This document shows, piece by piece, positions 45,713-59,656 of a stretch of DNA of 64,000 bases. The notes under the pieces are model-generated. The model worked only from the letters and a program-made list of their open reading frames with translations. It did not search any database and had not been told where the DNA came from. The DNA lies in NCBI GenBank assembly GCA_964016885.1, contig OZ024745.1, positions 92,566,001 through 92,630,000 of the forward strand, in the 5' to 3' direction. This DNA comes from Eledone cirrhosa (taxonomy: Eukaryota). Every line of letters begins with the position of its first letter. Positions within the stretch are counted from its first letter, which is position 1. A program made the position numbers and the translations under genes.

Positions 45713-46189
45713 TGGAATCATCTTTGGTACCATCAGATTACCTAGAAGACTCTGTAACAATTGTGGGGTGTACATACAATAGAATAAGGTAGTTGGTACA
45801 ATAGTTTAAATAATTAGGGTATCATATGTTTGACCACTGGAATTACCAATACTTATGTTTATTCTATTAATGGCTATACAGTGTGTCTTGGAGAAAGATA
45901 CTTGCAGCTAATGTTTTTTTATATTACATCGGCAATCTTTTGTTTGATTTTGCACATAAAAAAAACAACAAGAACAACAAAAACAAACAAGAACTGTGCC
46001 ATAGAGTAGAGAATTATAATCTAATTTAATCGTGCGTGCGTGTGTACATATATATGTGCATATACATACATATATATAGTTTTGAATTGAATACTGCATA
46101 GCATTAGGACTTCTCCAATTCATGCGTAACTTGAAACTAAGTTACTATCTTGTTGCAGTTTTTTTGTTTGAAAATTCTTAAATTCTTAC

Positions 46190-46287
46190 CTTGCAGCCTT
46201 CACATGCCAACACGCCATAATGGATTCCAGATGATTTATCACCACACACCAGACATTTCAGATAAGATTGCTTGGAATTGTCTGATA
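46190..46287 (-). CDS. Nuclear receptor (NR1 subfamily), first visible coding exon: DBD zinc finger 1
   Basis: Encodes [32 protein letters not shown] (P-box CEGCKG). Acceptor ttctatttccag and donor GTAAGA. 98 nt, phase 1 to phase 0, so an upstream exon is needed but was not found. Confidence 0.95.
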
Positions 46288-47259
46288 CTGGAAATAGAAG
46301 AGAAAATGAAGAGAAATTTATATTTATATAAAAATATCTGATACATAGACACATATATGCTGGAAATAGCAAAGAAAATGGGGCAAATTTATATATATAT
46401 ATATATATATACATACATGATACAGAGACACAATAAAAGAAAAAAAACAACATTGGAGACATCTATTTATTAATATTGCAGCTATTTCATATAATGGTGT
46501 TAATTGTAATTAACCATGGCAGCTTATATAATCTACTGAAGAGAAAAATTAGAATTTGAAGAAAAATTCTGTATTGGCAAGAGGAGAGAGTTCAGTAAAA
46601 ACAAAGAATGAAATATGTTGAGAAAAAAATGTTCAATCTTTAGGACAATACTCTTTATCAGAGACTACTTAACACTTCTATAGAGGGCAGCGAGACTATT
46701 AAGCAATTATATATATATATCCATATGTGGTTGATGACTGAGTGAAAGGAGTACTGAATACCGAAGTAGAGTTTAAATATGATGACCCTGTGATAAACAG
46801 GTGAGACTCCAGAGTAATAAGACTCACTTTGTAGCCTTAATATAAATGAATATATATATATTTATTTCTGATAAAAGTAGGAATCGTCAGACTTATATAG
46901 GTTGTGAGACATATCTTCTGCTCTCCTGAACAAAATTCCAAACAAAAGATGTGCAAGAGAAATGAAAACGCTATGGGAATTATAAAACAGGATCTCATCC
47001 TTGCCCCCTCTCCTTTAAAATCAGAAGAAGGAGCAATATCTTTCTGTAGTGATACTGGTACACCCAATACCTAGCTTGAATGTAGAGAGAGAAAGAGAGA
47101 AGACTTGCTTTCAACAGAGTGAACTAAATCTAGTTGCTTGACCTGCTAGACATAACATCCAAATTTCCTTTATTAACATCTTAATAGATGATCACAACTA
47201 GAATACTTTTTTCACAGATCTGCTCAAAACTCTAAAAATATAGTAAGATAAAAAAAAAA

Positions 47260-47918
47260 AACTCTACTAAAAATATACTAGGACTAAAAACTTTCCTAAA
47301 AATATACTAGGATCAAAAACTCTACTATAAATATACTAGGATAAAGAATTCTACTAAAAATATACTAGGATCCAAACTCTACTAAAAATATACCAGGATC
47401 AAAGACTCTACTAAAAATATACCAGGATCTAAAACTCTACTAAAAATATACTAGGATCAAAACTCTACTAAAAATATACTAGGATCAAAACTCTACTAAA
47501 AATATACTAGGATCAAAAACTCTACTAAAAATATACCAGGATCTAAAACTCTACTAAAAATATACTAGGATCAAAACTCTACTAAAAATATACTAGGATC
47601 AAAAACTCTACTAAAAATATACCAGGATCTAAAACTCTACTAAAAATATACTAGGATCAAAACTCTACTAAAAAATATACCAGGATCAAAGACTCTACTA
47701 AAAATATACCAGGATCTAAAACTCTACTAAAAATATACTAGGATCAAAACTCTACTAAAAATATACTAGGATCAAAACTCTACTAAAAATATACTAGGAT
47801 CTAAAACTCTACTAAAAATATACTAGGATCAAAAACTCTACTAAAAATATACCAGGATCTAAAACTCTACTAAAAATATACTAGGATCAAAAACTCTACT
47901 AAAAATATACTCAGATCA
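47260..47918. repeat. 28-29-bp minisatellite, more than 20 copies
   Basis: Unit AAAACTCTACTAAAAATATAC(T/C)AGGATC. Confidence 0.95.
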
Positions 47919-50900
47919 AGCAGAAGAGTTGTTTTAAATTCAATGAAATATCTCAATAAAGATGGAAATTATAAGTCTAGAAATTAACCACAGAGAATTA
48001 GACCAAGTGTGGCAGCTACTTTGATGTAAATGAACTTGACTATTGAGAGCTGTTTTGGCCAAAGTCCCAACACAGCATTGGTAGTAGAATACAAACTGAG
48101 ACCCCACTCTATAGACTGAAGTTAGTTCTTCCTCTTGCAGTTCTCATACCATCTAAGTCGTATATCTTAATCTGTGGCAATTCTTAGTTAATTTTCTTCT
48201 AGACAGTTGACCTCCTCCATAAAATATTGAATAAATAGCAGCCTGTCTGAGGAAGGAGCCCCACAGGGTGGGGTGGCTGTTGCACCATGTGTCGCTGGCC
48301 ATTGTCCACAGAATGCCTTTGCCATTTTGTCCACAGGGTGCAGCCAAAACATAGCTCTTACCTAGATGTAGAGCCAGTCATCCTCTCCCCTTCCCCCTTT
48401 CTTTCTTCCTTTGTCTAGTAGTTCTTGCACTTCCCCTCCTTTTCCTCTTATTTATAGTGCTTTCTGATGATGCTTTCCTTTTCTGTATATTTTAAGTAGT
48501 TAGTTTCATGTTATAAATGTTTTAAGGTTATTATGTGTCAATCAAACTTTCATGCTAAGATTATATATGTATAAAAAACAAACATTATTATATTCCCATT
48601 GAGATTAGAAATTATATACATTTTCTTAAATTTTTTAAAATATGTTTACCTTAACCCTTTAACCCTTGATAACAAGACACCTCATGACATTGCTACACCC
48701 AGATAATGAGATGACTAGTGCAAGAAAATTGCTTGTTGACAGTCAATCAAGATCTTCTTCATAAATTTGTATCTTATATGTAGGAAATCTTATATACTAA
48801 CTAACTGTAAACAGTTTACAATCAATTCTTAGTAGCTCTTGGTGTACAATTTCAATAAAACATAACTGTCATGAGGTGACAACCACTTTGTCTGGGGACC
48901 GGTAATTTGATATCTTTGCCTCTACCCCTTATTTCTTTTACAGTGTTGACAAGATGGTCAGTTATAAAGTAGCAGTTATCTATGTATATACCTATGTAAC
49001 TATCTACTGTCAGACATTAAAAACAACATCTATCTACTTACCTACCTGTCTTTATATTTTCCTATCTAACTATCTATCTGTCTGACTGTCTACCTGTATA
49101 TCTGACTGTCAATGTATAGTTATTTACCAAGATATCTATTTTCAGATAAGAACAACAACAATAACAAAGCACAAAGCCCAATAGCAGTCCAAGGATAGAT
49201 ATGTTTCTTTTATTTGCCACCAGGGCATCAAAAGTGGGACAAGTACAAAGGGGAGAGTTTACAAAACAAGGCGTCCTCAATAGGGAGGAGGCAATAACAA
49301 TATATAAAAATAAAATAAAATATAACAAAAAATAAAATTATAACAAAATCCTCAATAGAGAGGAGGCGCCTTGGGGAGTCGCACAAACCCCGAAAAAAGT
49401 GTGCAACCCTTCTCCTCAGGAGCACAGAGAGGGGGTGCTCCCTCGTTCCTTCCTCTTTTCCACCTACAGGCTTATAGATAGATAAACAGCAAGATGGACA
49501 AACAGAGACAGACAGATAGAACAAGTCATTATAATTTAGTATAGATATATTTGATAATGACTAAAGAAAATATGGAAGAAAATTATTGTAATTGATTTAA
49601 ATGAATGTAAAATGAAATATGGTGATGGTCAGAGTGATGAGAGGAGGTCAAGGATATTTGAGGATCCAAGCATTTTTACATAGATTGGTGTAATCAAGGA
49701 ATTATTAGATTAAATAATTTTTTTTTACTTTAAACCCTGTCATTTTTTATGGGTACCATGTTAGTTAATAAATAATAATAATTGAGGAATTTATATCCAC
49801 TATGCATATTTCTTCCCAAAACAATGCAAGTACACAACTGACACCAGTTAGTACCAAAGGCAAATCTGAAATTTTTCTCTATTAGAATATTGAAAATATT
49901 GAACCGAGAGAAAATCTTTTCAATTTACAATAGCTGACGCAGATATCAATACTTCTGTTGTCAAAAGTAATATAAATGAGATTGAGGAGAAAGAACTTTA
50001 TGTAAACAAATTGAAAAGAAAGATAACAACAAAAAGGACTCTTCAGCAATGACAAGGACGTAAGAACCTCACTTGTTGTTGTTTGTAATGAAGGGCAGTG
50101 AATTGATAGAGTTGTTAGAGCCTCAAATAGAATGCTTTACCTTTCATCTTTCCAGGGTTGATAAAATAAAGCACCAGTTAAGTACTGGGGATCAACATAA
50201 TAGGCTTTTTCCTCCCCCAAAATTGTTGGCCTTAAACCTATGTTACATACCTATTATATACCTATTATATATATCTTGTTTGTAAGTCTGAGTTCAAATC
50301 CCACTGAGGTTATCTTTGCTTTACATCCTTACGGGGTCGATAAAATAAAGCACCAGTAATGTACTGGGATAATTGCTGGCCTTGTGCCAAAAGTAGAAAT
50401 AATTATATTTTACTTTAAACTTCATATGGCACTCAAAAATAATATTTCATATTCACAAATGAACAATTTTTAAAATTTTGAGTATTTAAAACAGTTTATT
50501 TTGTAACAATTTCTGAAAAGATTTTTTTTATTTGTGAATGACTTAAAAATCTGCATTGAACACAAAGGAGTGGAGAGCCTACTTTATTATTGAGCTTAAT
50601 GAGTTTGAAAGGGAAAATATGTCATAGATATGTTAAAAGAGTTACATGCAACAGCTTGATCTATAAATCAAATTGAGGAACCTGATTCTTAAAGCAATTA
50701 TTATTATGTAAACCATACAGTGTGATTTAAAATGTTAATTCACTTTCAGACTGTTACTACCTGCAAGAGAAGTTAATGTCACATTCATATTTTATATATT
50801 GTTCTCTCTCTACACACAGACTTATATAAGATCTCCAATCATCAGATGTTAATAAATTGCCAGTAAGGAAACAGCTGCGTTATCCTCCTTGGCTTTGACT

Positions 50901-51969
50901 TTGTAGTCAGCAAATCTTGCTTCCTTCTGTAATCTTTTTCTTCTCTCTTGCTGCTGTTAAAATCTTTTTCATTTGAAATAATTAACTCTCTTGTCACTCT
51001 TTTTTCAGTATTTAATGAGCCACACATAAATGTGTGTAGATATCTATGTTAACATCAATCTAATGATCAATTAACCTGATTCTTTAAGACAATCCAACAG
51101 CAAGTATGTGATATCCATCTATATTGTTTATTATACTGAAACTGTGAAAACACATCCATGCCAAAAATATAAGAATGTGATTAAATATTTCTGTGAATTT
51201 TCAACTTTTTAGGGACCACATATTACACACACACACATCTTATATACTACAGACACATCACACACACACACATCTTATATACAACTACACACACACACAA
51301 ACCTCTTATATACAAATATAGGGAAAAAGATCAGTCTGACACCAGTTGCATGAAAAGCTACTACTGTATGCCTGCATAAGAAGTTAGCAGTAAATATGAA
51401 AAGAAGCGATCTAAGAATCTTGGTCCTGACATAAGATGACACAGGATTTACTGAAATGTTAAATGATAAACTACATAACTGTCCAAACCACAGAAGTATA
51501 TCAATATAGACATGAATGATGAAGACAATAATGATGAAACACATACATACAAACATATGTTCAAACCAACCAGGGAATCTTTAGGAGCATATACAATCTA
51601 GAAGTATCATTTTATGTCCGCTTATCCCTGCTTGCAAGGGTGGGACGGGAACTGATTCTGGCTTGATTTCTACAGCTGGATGCCCTTTCTAACACCAACC
51701 TCATTTACAGTGAGTGCTGGGTGCTTTTTTGCCGTGGCACCTCCACGACCACTTTGCAGTGGAATGATAGGGACCCCAGTCCTATCATCTCATTTCTACA
51801 GCTGAGTAAACTGGAGCAATGTGAAATAAAGTGTCTTGCTCAAGGAAACAACACATGACCCGGTCTGAGAATTGAATTCACAACCTTTCGAAATAGCAGT
51901 TAAATCTCCATTAAATCATACGCTAACATCTTAAAGGAGGAATGCTTCACTATACCTAGGGAGGGATCA

Positions 51970-52292
51970 ACCTGATCAGGGCTGTGACCCAGAGTTAGGT
52001 TACACAGCTTGATCAAGGTTGTGACCCAGATTTAGGTCACAGCTTGATTAGGTTTGTAACTCAGATCTCAACTTGATCAGGGTCGTGATCCAGAGTTAAA
52101 TCACTTCATCAGGGTTGTGACCCAGAGTTAGGTCACACAACTTTTTCAGGGTTGTGACCCTGAGTTAGGTCACACAGCTTGATCAGAATTGTGACCCAGA
52201 GTTAAATCACACAGTTTGATCAGGATTGTTACCCAGAGTTAGGTCACAACATAATCAAGGTTGTGACTCATAAGATTAGATATTGTGACCTA
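51970..52292. repeat. Diverged minisatellite of about 37 bp with TGACCC-N6-AGGTCA
   Basis: Unit approximately TTGATCAGGGTTGTGACCCAGAGTTAGGTCACACAGC, about 9 copies. Confidence 0.88.
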
Positions 52293-53296
52293 ATTCTATC
52301 AACACTTTTCGTAGGTCCAATAAACATTGGTGGATTTTTAGTCATCTCAGCAAACAACAATAATTGATACAATTGCAATATGGACATTAAATTGTAGAAT
52401 TATTAACTTAGAAACACCAACAGGATTTCTTTCTTATTAACCTATTATCATAACCTTTTTTTGGCAGTGTGTCTATCACTATGCTATCAGTGTCTTTCCT
52501 TTTATTAAAATATGATTTAAGCCTTTTGTTACCATTCTTCTAATAAAAGATACTACATATGATTTCAAAAAATCTTGAAAATATTTAAAATGTTGGAACA
52601 TTTGGCAATATAACTTTCTCATTATTTAGTTAATGTTTAAAATATAACTTAAAAAAAGTTTTTTACATAAAATTATGATGGAAGGTTAGATAAATATAAA
52701 CACTTTAAAATAAACAGCTTTGTATCATAGAACCAGGGGTGGTTTCGGGTGGTTTGGAAAATAACTTAAAGGTTCTTTCATAAAATTATGATGGAAAGTT
52801 TTTAGATAGATATAAACACTTTAAAATAAAGTTTTGTACCATAAAACCAATACCAGTTTCAGGTGGTTTGGTATAGAAAGTGTTAATGGAAATTTGGCTG
52901 TTATCTCTAGTAAAATGACTACATAAAGGCTCCTTCTTTGACCTGCCAGTAGGAAGGAGTGTAATGGTATGTCTAGAGTGGAGTAGTTAGGTAAATGGGT
53001 GTATAATGATATATATATATTTCCACACTGTAAACATGGTTGGTGTTAGGAAGGGCATCCAGCCAAATTACAGTTCCATCTGAGCAAGGTACAGCACAGC
53101 CAGCTGGCCAGTCTTGTCTTATAACGGTGCCACCCAGTTCCACACTGTAAACGTGGTTGGTGTTATGAAGGGCATCCAGCTGTAAAAATCCCAGCCAAAT
53201 TACAGTTCTGTCTAAATAAGGTATGGCGCGGCCAGCTGGGCAGACTTGTCTCATGATGTGGGAGACCAGTCTAACCAATGCATGCATGACATTAAA

Positions 53297-53652
53297 GAGT
53301 GAGTGAGTGAGTGAGTGAGTGAGTGAGTGAGTGAGTGAGTGGGTGGGTGGGTGAGTGAGTGAGTGGGTGAGTGAGTGGGTGGGTGGGTGGGTGAGTGAGT
53401 GAGTGAGTGAGTGAGTGAGTGAGTGAGTGAGTGAGTGAGTGAGTGAGTGAGTGAGTGGGTGAGTGGGTGGGTGAGTGAGTGAGTGAGTGAGTGAGTGAGT
53501 GAGTGAGTGAGTGAGTGAGTGAGTGAGTGAGTGAGTGAGTGAGTGAGTGAGTGAGTGAGTGAGTGAGTGAGTGAGTGAGTGAGTGAGTGAGTGAGTGAGT
53601 GAGTGAGTGAGTGAGTGAGTGAGTGAGTGAGTGAGTGAGTGAGTGAGTGAGT
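53297..53652. repeat. (GAGT)n microsatellite
   Basis: Direct inspection. Confidence 0.97.
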
Positions 53653-54180
53653 GCGCGCGTGATTTCCAGTGCCATGCTGTGTCTTTGAGCAAGACTCTTT
53701 ATTTCACATTGCTTCAGTTCACTCAGCTGGCAAAAATGAGTTGTATCTGCAATTCAAAGAGCCAGCTTTGTCACACCAAATCTCACTGAGAAGGCTCTTT
53801 CTTTAAAAGAATCAACTAGGACACTGGTCATTGGAACCAATAGAGGGCCAAACACACATACGTGTGTGTGTGTTGAGAGAGAGAGAGAGACTATAATGGT
53901 GATGGGGAAAGGAGAGGATATGTATGTATAGTGGTGGATAAAAAGGTAAAAGTATATATATTTATATATAAAGTTTAATATAGAAATGGCTTCTACAGGA
54001 CTAGAACTGTTTCATTAAAAAAAAAAAAAAAAATCATCACAAAAGCTTTCTTGATGATTTCTTTTGAATGAAACATTTCTAGTACTGTAGAAGCCATTTC
54101 TATATTTAACTTCATATTTACACTCTACTAATGTTCTGAGTACCTTACTAACTGTGGTTACCCCCCCAATTGAACCCAGG

Positions 54181-54214
<34 letters not shown>

Positions 54215-54678
54215 TATCATCATCGTTTAACGTCCATCTTCCACGCTAGCATGGGTTAGACGGTTTTGTTCCTTTTGATGTGGGAATGGTCGGGAGATCA
54301 TGTCTCGCTCGCACGGAAGCGTCTCTGGCAGGTTTTCTTTTTACAGCTGGATGCCCTTCTTAACACCAACCATATTTACAGTGTGGACATATACATAAAG
54401 TCTGGTAATAAAATATATGACTATATATATATATATATATATAAAAAGTCTGGTAATAAAATATATGACTATATATATATCCACACTGTAAATGTGGTTG
54501 GTGTTAGGAAGGGCATCCAGCTGTAGAAAACCCGCCAGATAGTCCTATGCGAGCAAGATAACCACTCTTGCCTCAAGTGGGAAAACCCTCCGTCCAAACC
54601 CATGCAAGCGTGGAACACAGACGTTAAACGATGATGATGATGATATATATATATATAAAGTCTGGTAATAAAATATAT

Positions 54679-54736
<58 letters not shown>

Positions 54737-54775
54737 CTATATATATAGATATATAAAGTCTGGTAATAAAATATA

Positions 54776-54822
<47 letters not shown>

Positions 54823-54861
54823 CTATATATATAGATATATAAAGTCTGGTAATAAAATATA

Positions 54862-54906
<45 letters not shown>

Positions 54907-54924
54907 CCTGGTAATAAAATATAT

Positions 54925-54962
<38 letters not shown>

Positions 54963-55787
54963 TATTGGAAAAAACTGGTGATTCACTTCATCTTTACTCA
55001 GAGTTTTTTTAACTTGCCTTGATTGTATTAAACAACAAAAAGATATATCTGCCAGTTGAGGAAATGATTGAATGTAGTTAGAAAGTGAGTTGCGATGGAG
55101 TGAATCATCAGCTTCTTCTGAATAAATAAACTACTATATGTACTGAATACTCTCTCACTTATACCTCCAAACACACACACACAAAGTATTACTGTAAAAT
55201 GAATGTGAGAAAGTGCATAAGAGTGGACTGGAGTGTGGTAAAGGAGTGGGTGAAGGTACCAATGGAAACCTGTCTCAAAAGAGCGAATGAGAGTATAAAT
55301 AAAAAGAAACGGTGTGTTCTAGAACTGTCATTACTAATTTGGTGTGGGTAAAAGGGCTTTATACTATGCCGACTACAGGTGGTGATGACGATGGCAATGA
55401 TGATGGTTAGACAATGAGTTAAAGTAGACCAATTAAGTAAACACTATGTACATAGAAAAATATAAATAATAAAGGGTAAAGAATATAGTGCTGGTAGAAA
55501 AAAAAAAAGAGCAGATGCAAAGCAGAATGAGAATGTTGAGTGCAGCAGGGAGAGTATAAAATGTGGCCCACAAGGGAATGAGTGTAGAGTAGGAATTGAA
55601 GAAACAGGCAAATAATGAGATAACAGACATTGACAGTGCACAAGAATGAAGGTGTGTGTATGGTGGAGAAGGTGAAGAGGAAATAAATAATTCAGTTGAG
55701 TAAAAATTGCTAGAACAGTATAATGAACAAGGTATATAAATGAATATAATAGTATTCCTATATGTGTGTATGCGCATACTTATATAT

Positions 55788-56116
55788 ATCATCATTTTAC
55801 GTCTGCTTTTCCCTGCTTGCAAGGGTGGGACGGGAACTGATTCTGGCTTGATTTCTACAGCTGGATGCCCTTCCTAACACCAACCTCATTTACAGTGAGT
55901 GCTGGGTGCTTTTTTTCCGTGGCACCTACAAGTCCACTTTACAGTGGAATGATAGGGACCCCAATCCCTATCATCTCATTTCTACAGCTGAGTAAACTGG
56001 AGCAATGTGAAATAAAGTGTCTTGCTCAAAGAAACAACACATCACCCGGTCTGAGAATTGAACTCACACCCTTTCGCTTGCAAGGCCAAATCTCTAACCA
56101 CTAAGCCATGTGCCTC
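55788..56116 (-). mobile_element. Composite SINE with RTE-type 3' tail
   Basis: tRNA-like head plus CAGCTGGATGCCCTTCCTAACACCAACC and a GACGTAAAATGATGAT tail shared with the 60-kb RTE 3' UTR. Relatives at about 2530-2740, 35280-35597, 41335-41710 and 51606-51890. Confidence 0.7.
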
Positions 56117-56191
56117 CATATATATATATATATACACATTTATATACACACACAGACAAACCTATATTCTGTATGTATGCATGCACACACA

Positions 56192-56227
<36 letters not shown>

Positions 56228-56356
56228 AAAGTTATATTTAATTTGTTGGGATTCAACAAGCTTAAAAGTTTTATAACTGATATAAAGCACTCAACAGTTA
56301 CTGGAGTAAATATTCAATATATTAATAAATGGAAACTATATTTATAAAACCATAAT

Positions 56357-56422
56357 TATTTTATTATATATATTTCAAGGGCAACCAAGGCAAATTTTGG
56401 TGCGCTTTCATCAGATAAAATA
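56357..56422 (-). ncRNA. Minimal hammerhead ribozyme, second copy (element about 56223-56490)
   Basis: Identical core to 35027-35092, inside a near-identical element of about 270 bp. Confidence 0.75.
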
Positions 56423-56824
56423 CAAAATTTGTTTTCTAAATGTTGACATACCCGCAGAAAACCAACCTTGGCGGTTGAAGGTTCTCTAGATATATATATA
56501 TATTTATTATATACAGGGAGACCCCCCCAAAATGTATACACACTTCATCAGCATTCTAACCTATATGTGTATACATTTTCTGGGGAACACTATATATATA
56601 TATATTTACATACACACAAAGAGAGAAAGCAGATATCCATGAAATTGCAAATAAAGAAAGAAAAAGAAAGGAAGAAGAAGGGAAAGGAAATGATAGAAAA
56701 CGAAAGGAAAAGGAAAGAAAGATTGGAAGAAAAGTATAGGAAAAGAAAAGAAAAGGTAAGAAAGAAAGTTAAAAATGAAAGGAAAAGTTTCCAAAAGAGA
56801 AATTAGAAGCAGACAAGCCAGCAG

Positions 56825-56838
56825 AGGTCATTGGGTCA
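56825..56838 (+). promoter_or_regulatory. Candidate DR2 nuclear-receptor response element
   Basis: AGGTCA-TT-GGGTCA in non-repetitive sequence upstream of the receptor coding exons. Confidence 0.3.
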
Positions 56839-57319
56839 TGACAGATAAAAATTGTTAAGCAACATAAGGTAAGCAATAACTATCACAAGACTAGTTTATT
56901 GAATTTTTCTTGAAATGACAACATTATATAAGTGTAAAATACATCGATGATGGCGTGATAGTGGTTTAGGAGGGAGTGGGAGGGGGGATGAGATATGGTG
57001 GTGGGGTGGAAATAGCCAGACTACTGCTGTTATGTCATGTCTGTTGTGAGGAAGGAAAAACTGTTTAAATAGCTATGGCTGTTTTATGGCAGACGACAGT
57101 GTCTGGGTGGTTGTGGTAGGTAGTGGTGGTGGCTGGGAGAGGAGATGGTGGTGGGGAAGTGTCTGGGAAGAGATATAGTGAAACATTTGGGGGCAAGAGA
57201 TAGAAATAAGAGAGAGTAAGAGAGACAAGAAATAGAAAAGAAAATGAAAGAAATAGCAACAGACAAAGAGAGAAAGAAGAGCGGGAGAGAGAGAGAGAGA
57301 GAGAGAGAAAGAAGAGCGG

Positions 57320-57354
<35 letters not shown>

Positions 57355-57370
57355 GCAAGGCAAGTGGAAG

Positions 57371-57440
<70 letters not shown>

Positions 57441-57572
57441 AGTAAAAAGAGAGAGAGAGATGTAGAAAAAGAGAGAGGGAGAGAGACAAGTAGAAAGAGA
57501 AATAAGAAGAAAAAACAAAGGGAAAATGACAGAAAGACAAAGAAAAAGAAAGAACCTAATACACTCAGACAA

Positions 57573-58179
57573 TGTATACACACATCTATAAAATGTATAC
57601 ACATCTATAAACTATATACACACATCTATAAAATATATACACACATCTATAAAATATATACACACATCTATAAAATGTATACACACATCTATAAAATGTA
57701 TACACACATCTATAAAATATATACACACATCTATAAAATGTATACACACATCTATAAAATATATACACACATCTATAAAATGTATACACACATCTATAAA
57801 ATGTATACACACATCTATAAAATGTATACACACATCTATAAAATGTATACACACATCTATAAAATATATACACACATCTATAAAATATATACACACATCT
57901 ATAAAATGTATATACACATCTATAAAATATATACACACATCTATAAAATGTATATACACATCTATAAAATATATACACACATCTATAAAATATATACACA
58001 CATCTATAAAATATATACACACATCTATAAAATATATACACACATCTATAAAATATATACACACATCTATAAAATATATACACACATCTATAAAATATAT
58101 ACACACATCTATAAAATATATACACACATCTATAAAATGTATACACACATCTATAAAATATATACACACATCTATAAAA
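57573..58179. repeat. 21-bp minisatellite, about 29 copies
   Basis: Unit TATACACACATCTATAAAAT(A/G). Confidence 0.95.
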
Positions 58180-59316
58180 GTATGCAGAATGATGCACAAT
58201 AAAAAAAAAAGTGTGTAAGAGGAATTTTAAGTTATGCATGCTTGCACATATGAGTGCATTGCCCTATTTAGCCCCATGTCAGCCCCTGAGCAGACATAGG
58301 TTGAAAGACATTCCAGCCTGACTTCTTTTAAGGAGGTGGTGTGTGAGTTGAGGGGGTTTGGGTTGCTATTTCTAACAGGTTGAGCGATTGTCTAGAGGCT
58401 CCCTTATTGGTTTAGAAATGTGTCATAACAGACATTTACATGAGTTATCACACACACACACACACAAATGCATGTATACATTTATGTAATAACAGGTATC
58501 ATATATGTGTGTGTGTGTGAAGGTGCATGGCTGAGTGGTAAGAGAATTGGATGCGTAATCTTAAGGTTGTAAGTTAGATTCCTGGACCAGGCGTTATGTC
58601 CTTGAGCAAGAAACTTTATTTCACGTTGCTCCTCCCTGGAATTGCAACCAATAGATGGTATTAGCAATTGAAAAAAAATCAACGGAAACATTGTTACCTT
58701 AGGCCGATTTGACGAAAGTCAATTGACTCTCTCTCTCTATATATATATATCTATATCTCTCTCTCTCTATATAAATTTATATCTCTATATATATATATAT
58801 CTATCTATATAAATTTATATATATATATCTATATATATATATATCTATATCTATATATCTACATATATATCTATATATATATCTATATGTATCTATATAT
58901 ATATCTATATAGATATCTATATATATATCTACATATCTCTATATATATATATCTATATATATATATCTATATATATATCTATATCTATATCTCTCTCTCT
59001 ATATATATATATATCTCTATATCTCTATATATATATCTATATATATATATATATCTATATATATATCTATATATCTATATATATATCTATATATCTATAT
59101 ATATAGAGAGAGAATTAGTATATCTACCAACATATGTATACAGATGTATACTCATGCTAGCAAATATATATGTTATGTCTTAGTACCTTTGTGGTTCTAT
59201 GCAGGGGGATGCAGAACAATTATATGAAAGACGTAAAATAAGAAAATTTTTAAAATTAAAAATTAACTTACTAAAATTTTAGTAAGTTAATTTTTAAAAT
59301 TTTCTTACTTTACGTC

Positions 59317-59357
<41 letters not shown>

Positions 59358-59656
59358 TACAACGAAGGAAATGTGGTAAGGAACCAGGTGGACCATAACG
59401 CACCAAAATACTCAATACTTAGGGTAGTAGAGTGGGTAATAGGAACGAGTGGGATCCTACTCGTTCCTATATCTCTATATATATCTATATATATAACTAT
59501 ATATATATATCTCTCTCTATATCTATATCTATCTACATATATATCTATATCTATCTATATATATAAATATATAACTATATCTATATATATAAATATATAA
59601 TTATATCTATATATATAAATATATAATTATATCTAAATATATAAATATATATCTAT

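Noticed and set aside
46837-47067. 76-aa ORF just upstream of the first zinc-finger exon
   Set aside because: No convincing phase-1 donor and no recognisable homology; cannot be supported as an exon.
48355-48385. Candidate first exon ATGACTGGCTCTACATCTAG|GTAAGA (- strand)
   Set aside because: Ends in phase 2, whereas the zinc-finger exon needs phase 1; the phase-1 frame has a stop.
49190-49465. GC-richer island resembling an L1/Tx1 3' UTR (- strand AATAAA)
   Set aside because: No coding remnant or second copy in the window to support the call.
54397-54930. CRISPR-like look: 25-bp repeats separated by variable spacers
   Set aside because: Spacers are mostly (TA)n, the context is eukaryotic, and there are no cas genes.
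52973-58239. (LTHS)n, (SL)n/(RE)n and (IFYRCVY)n ORFs
   Set aside because: Arise from (GAGT)n, (AG)n and 21-bp tandem repeats.
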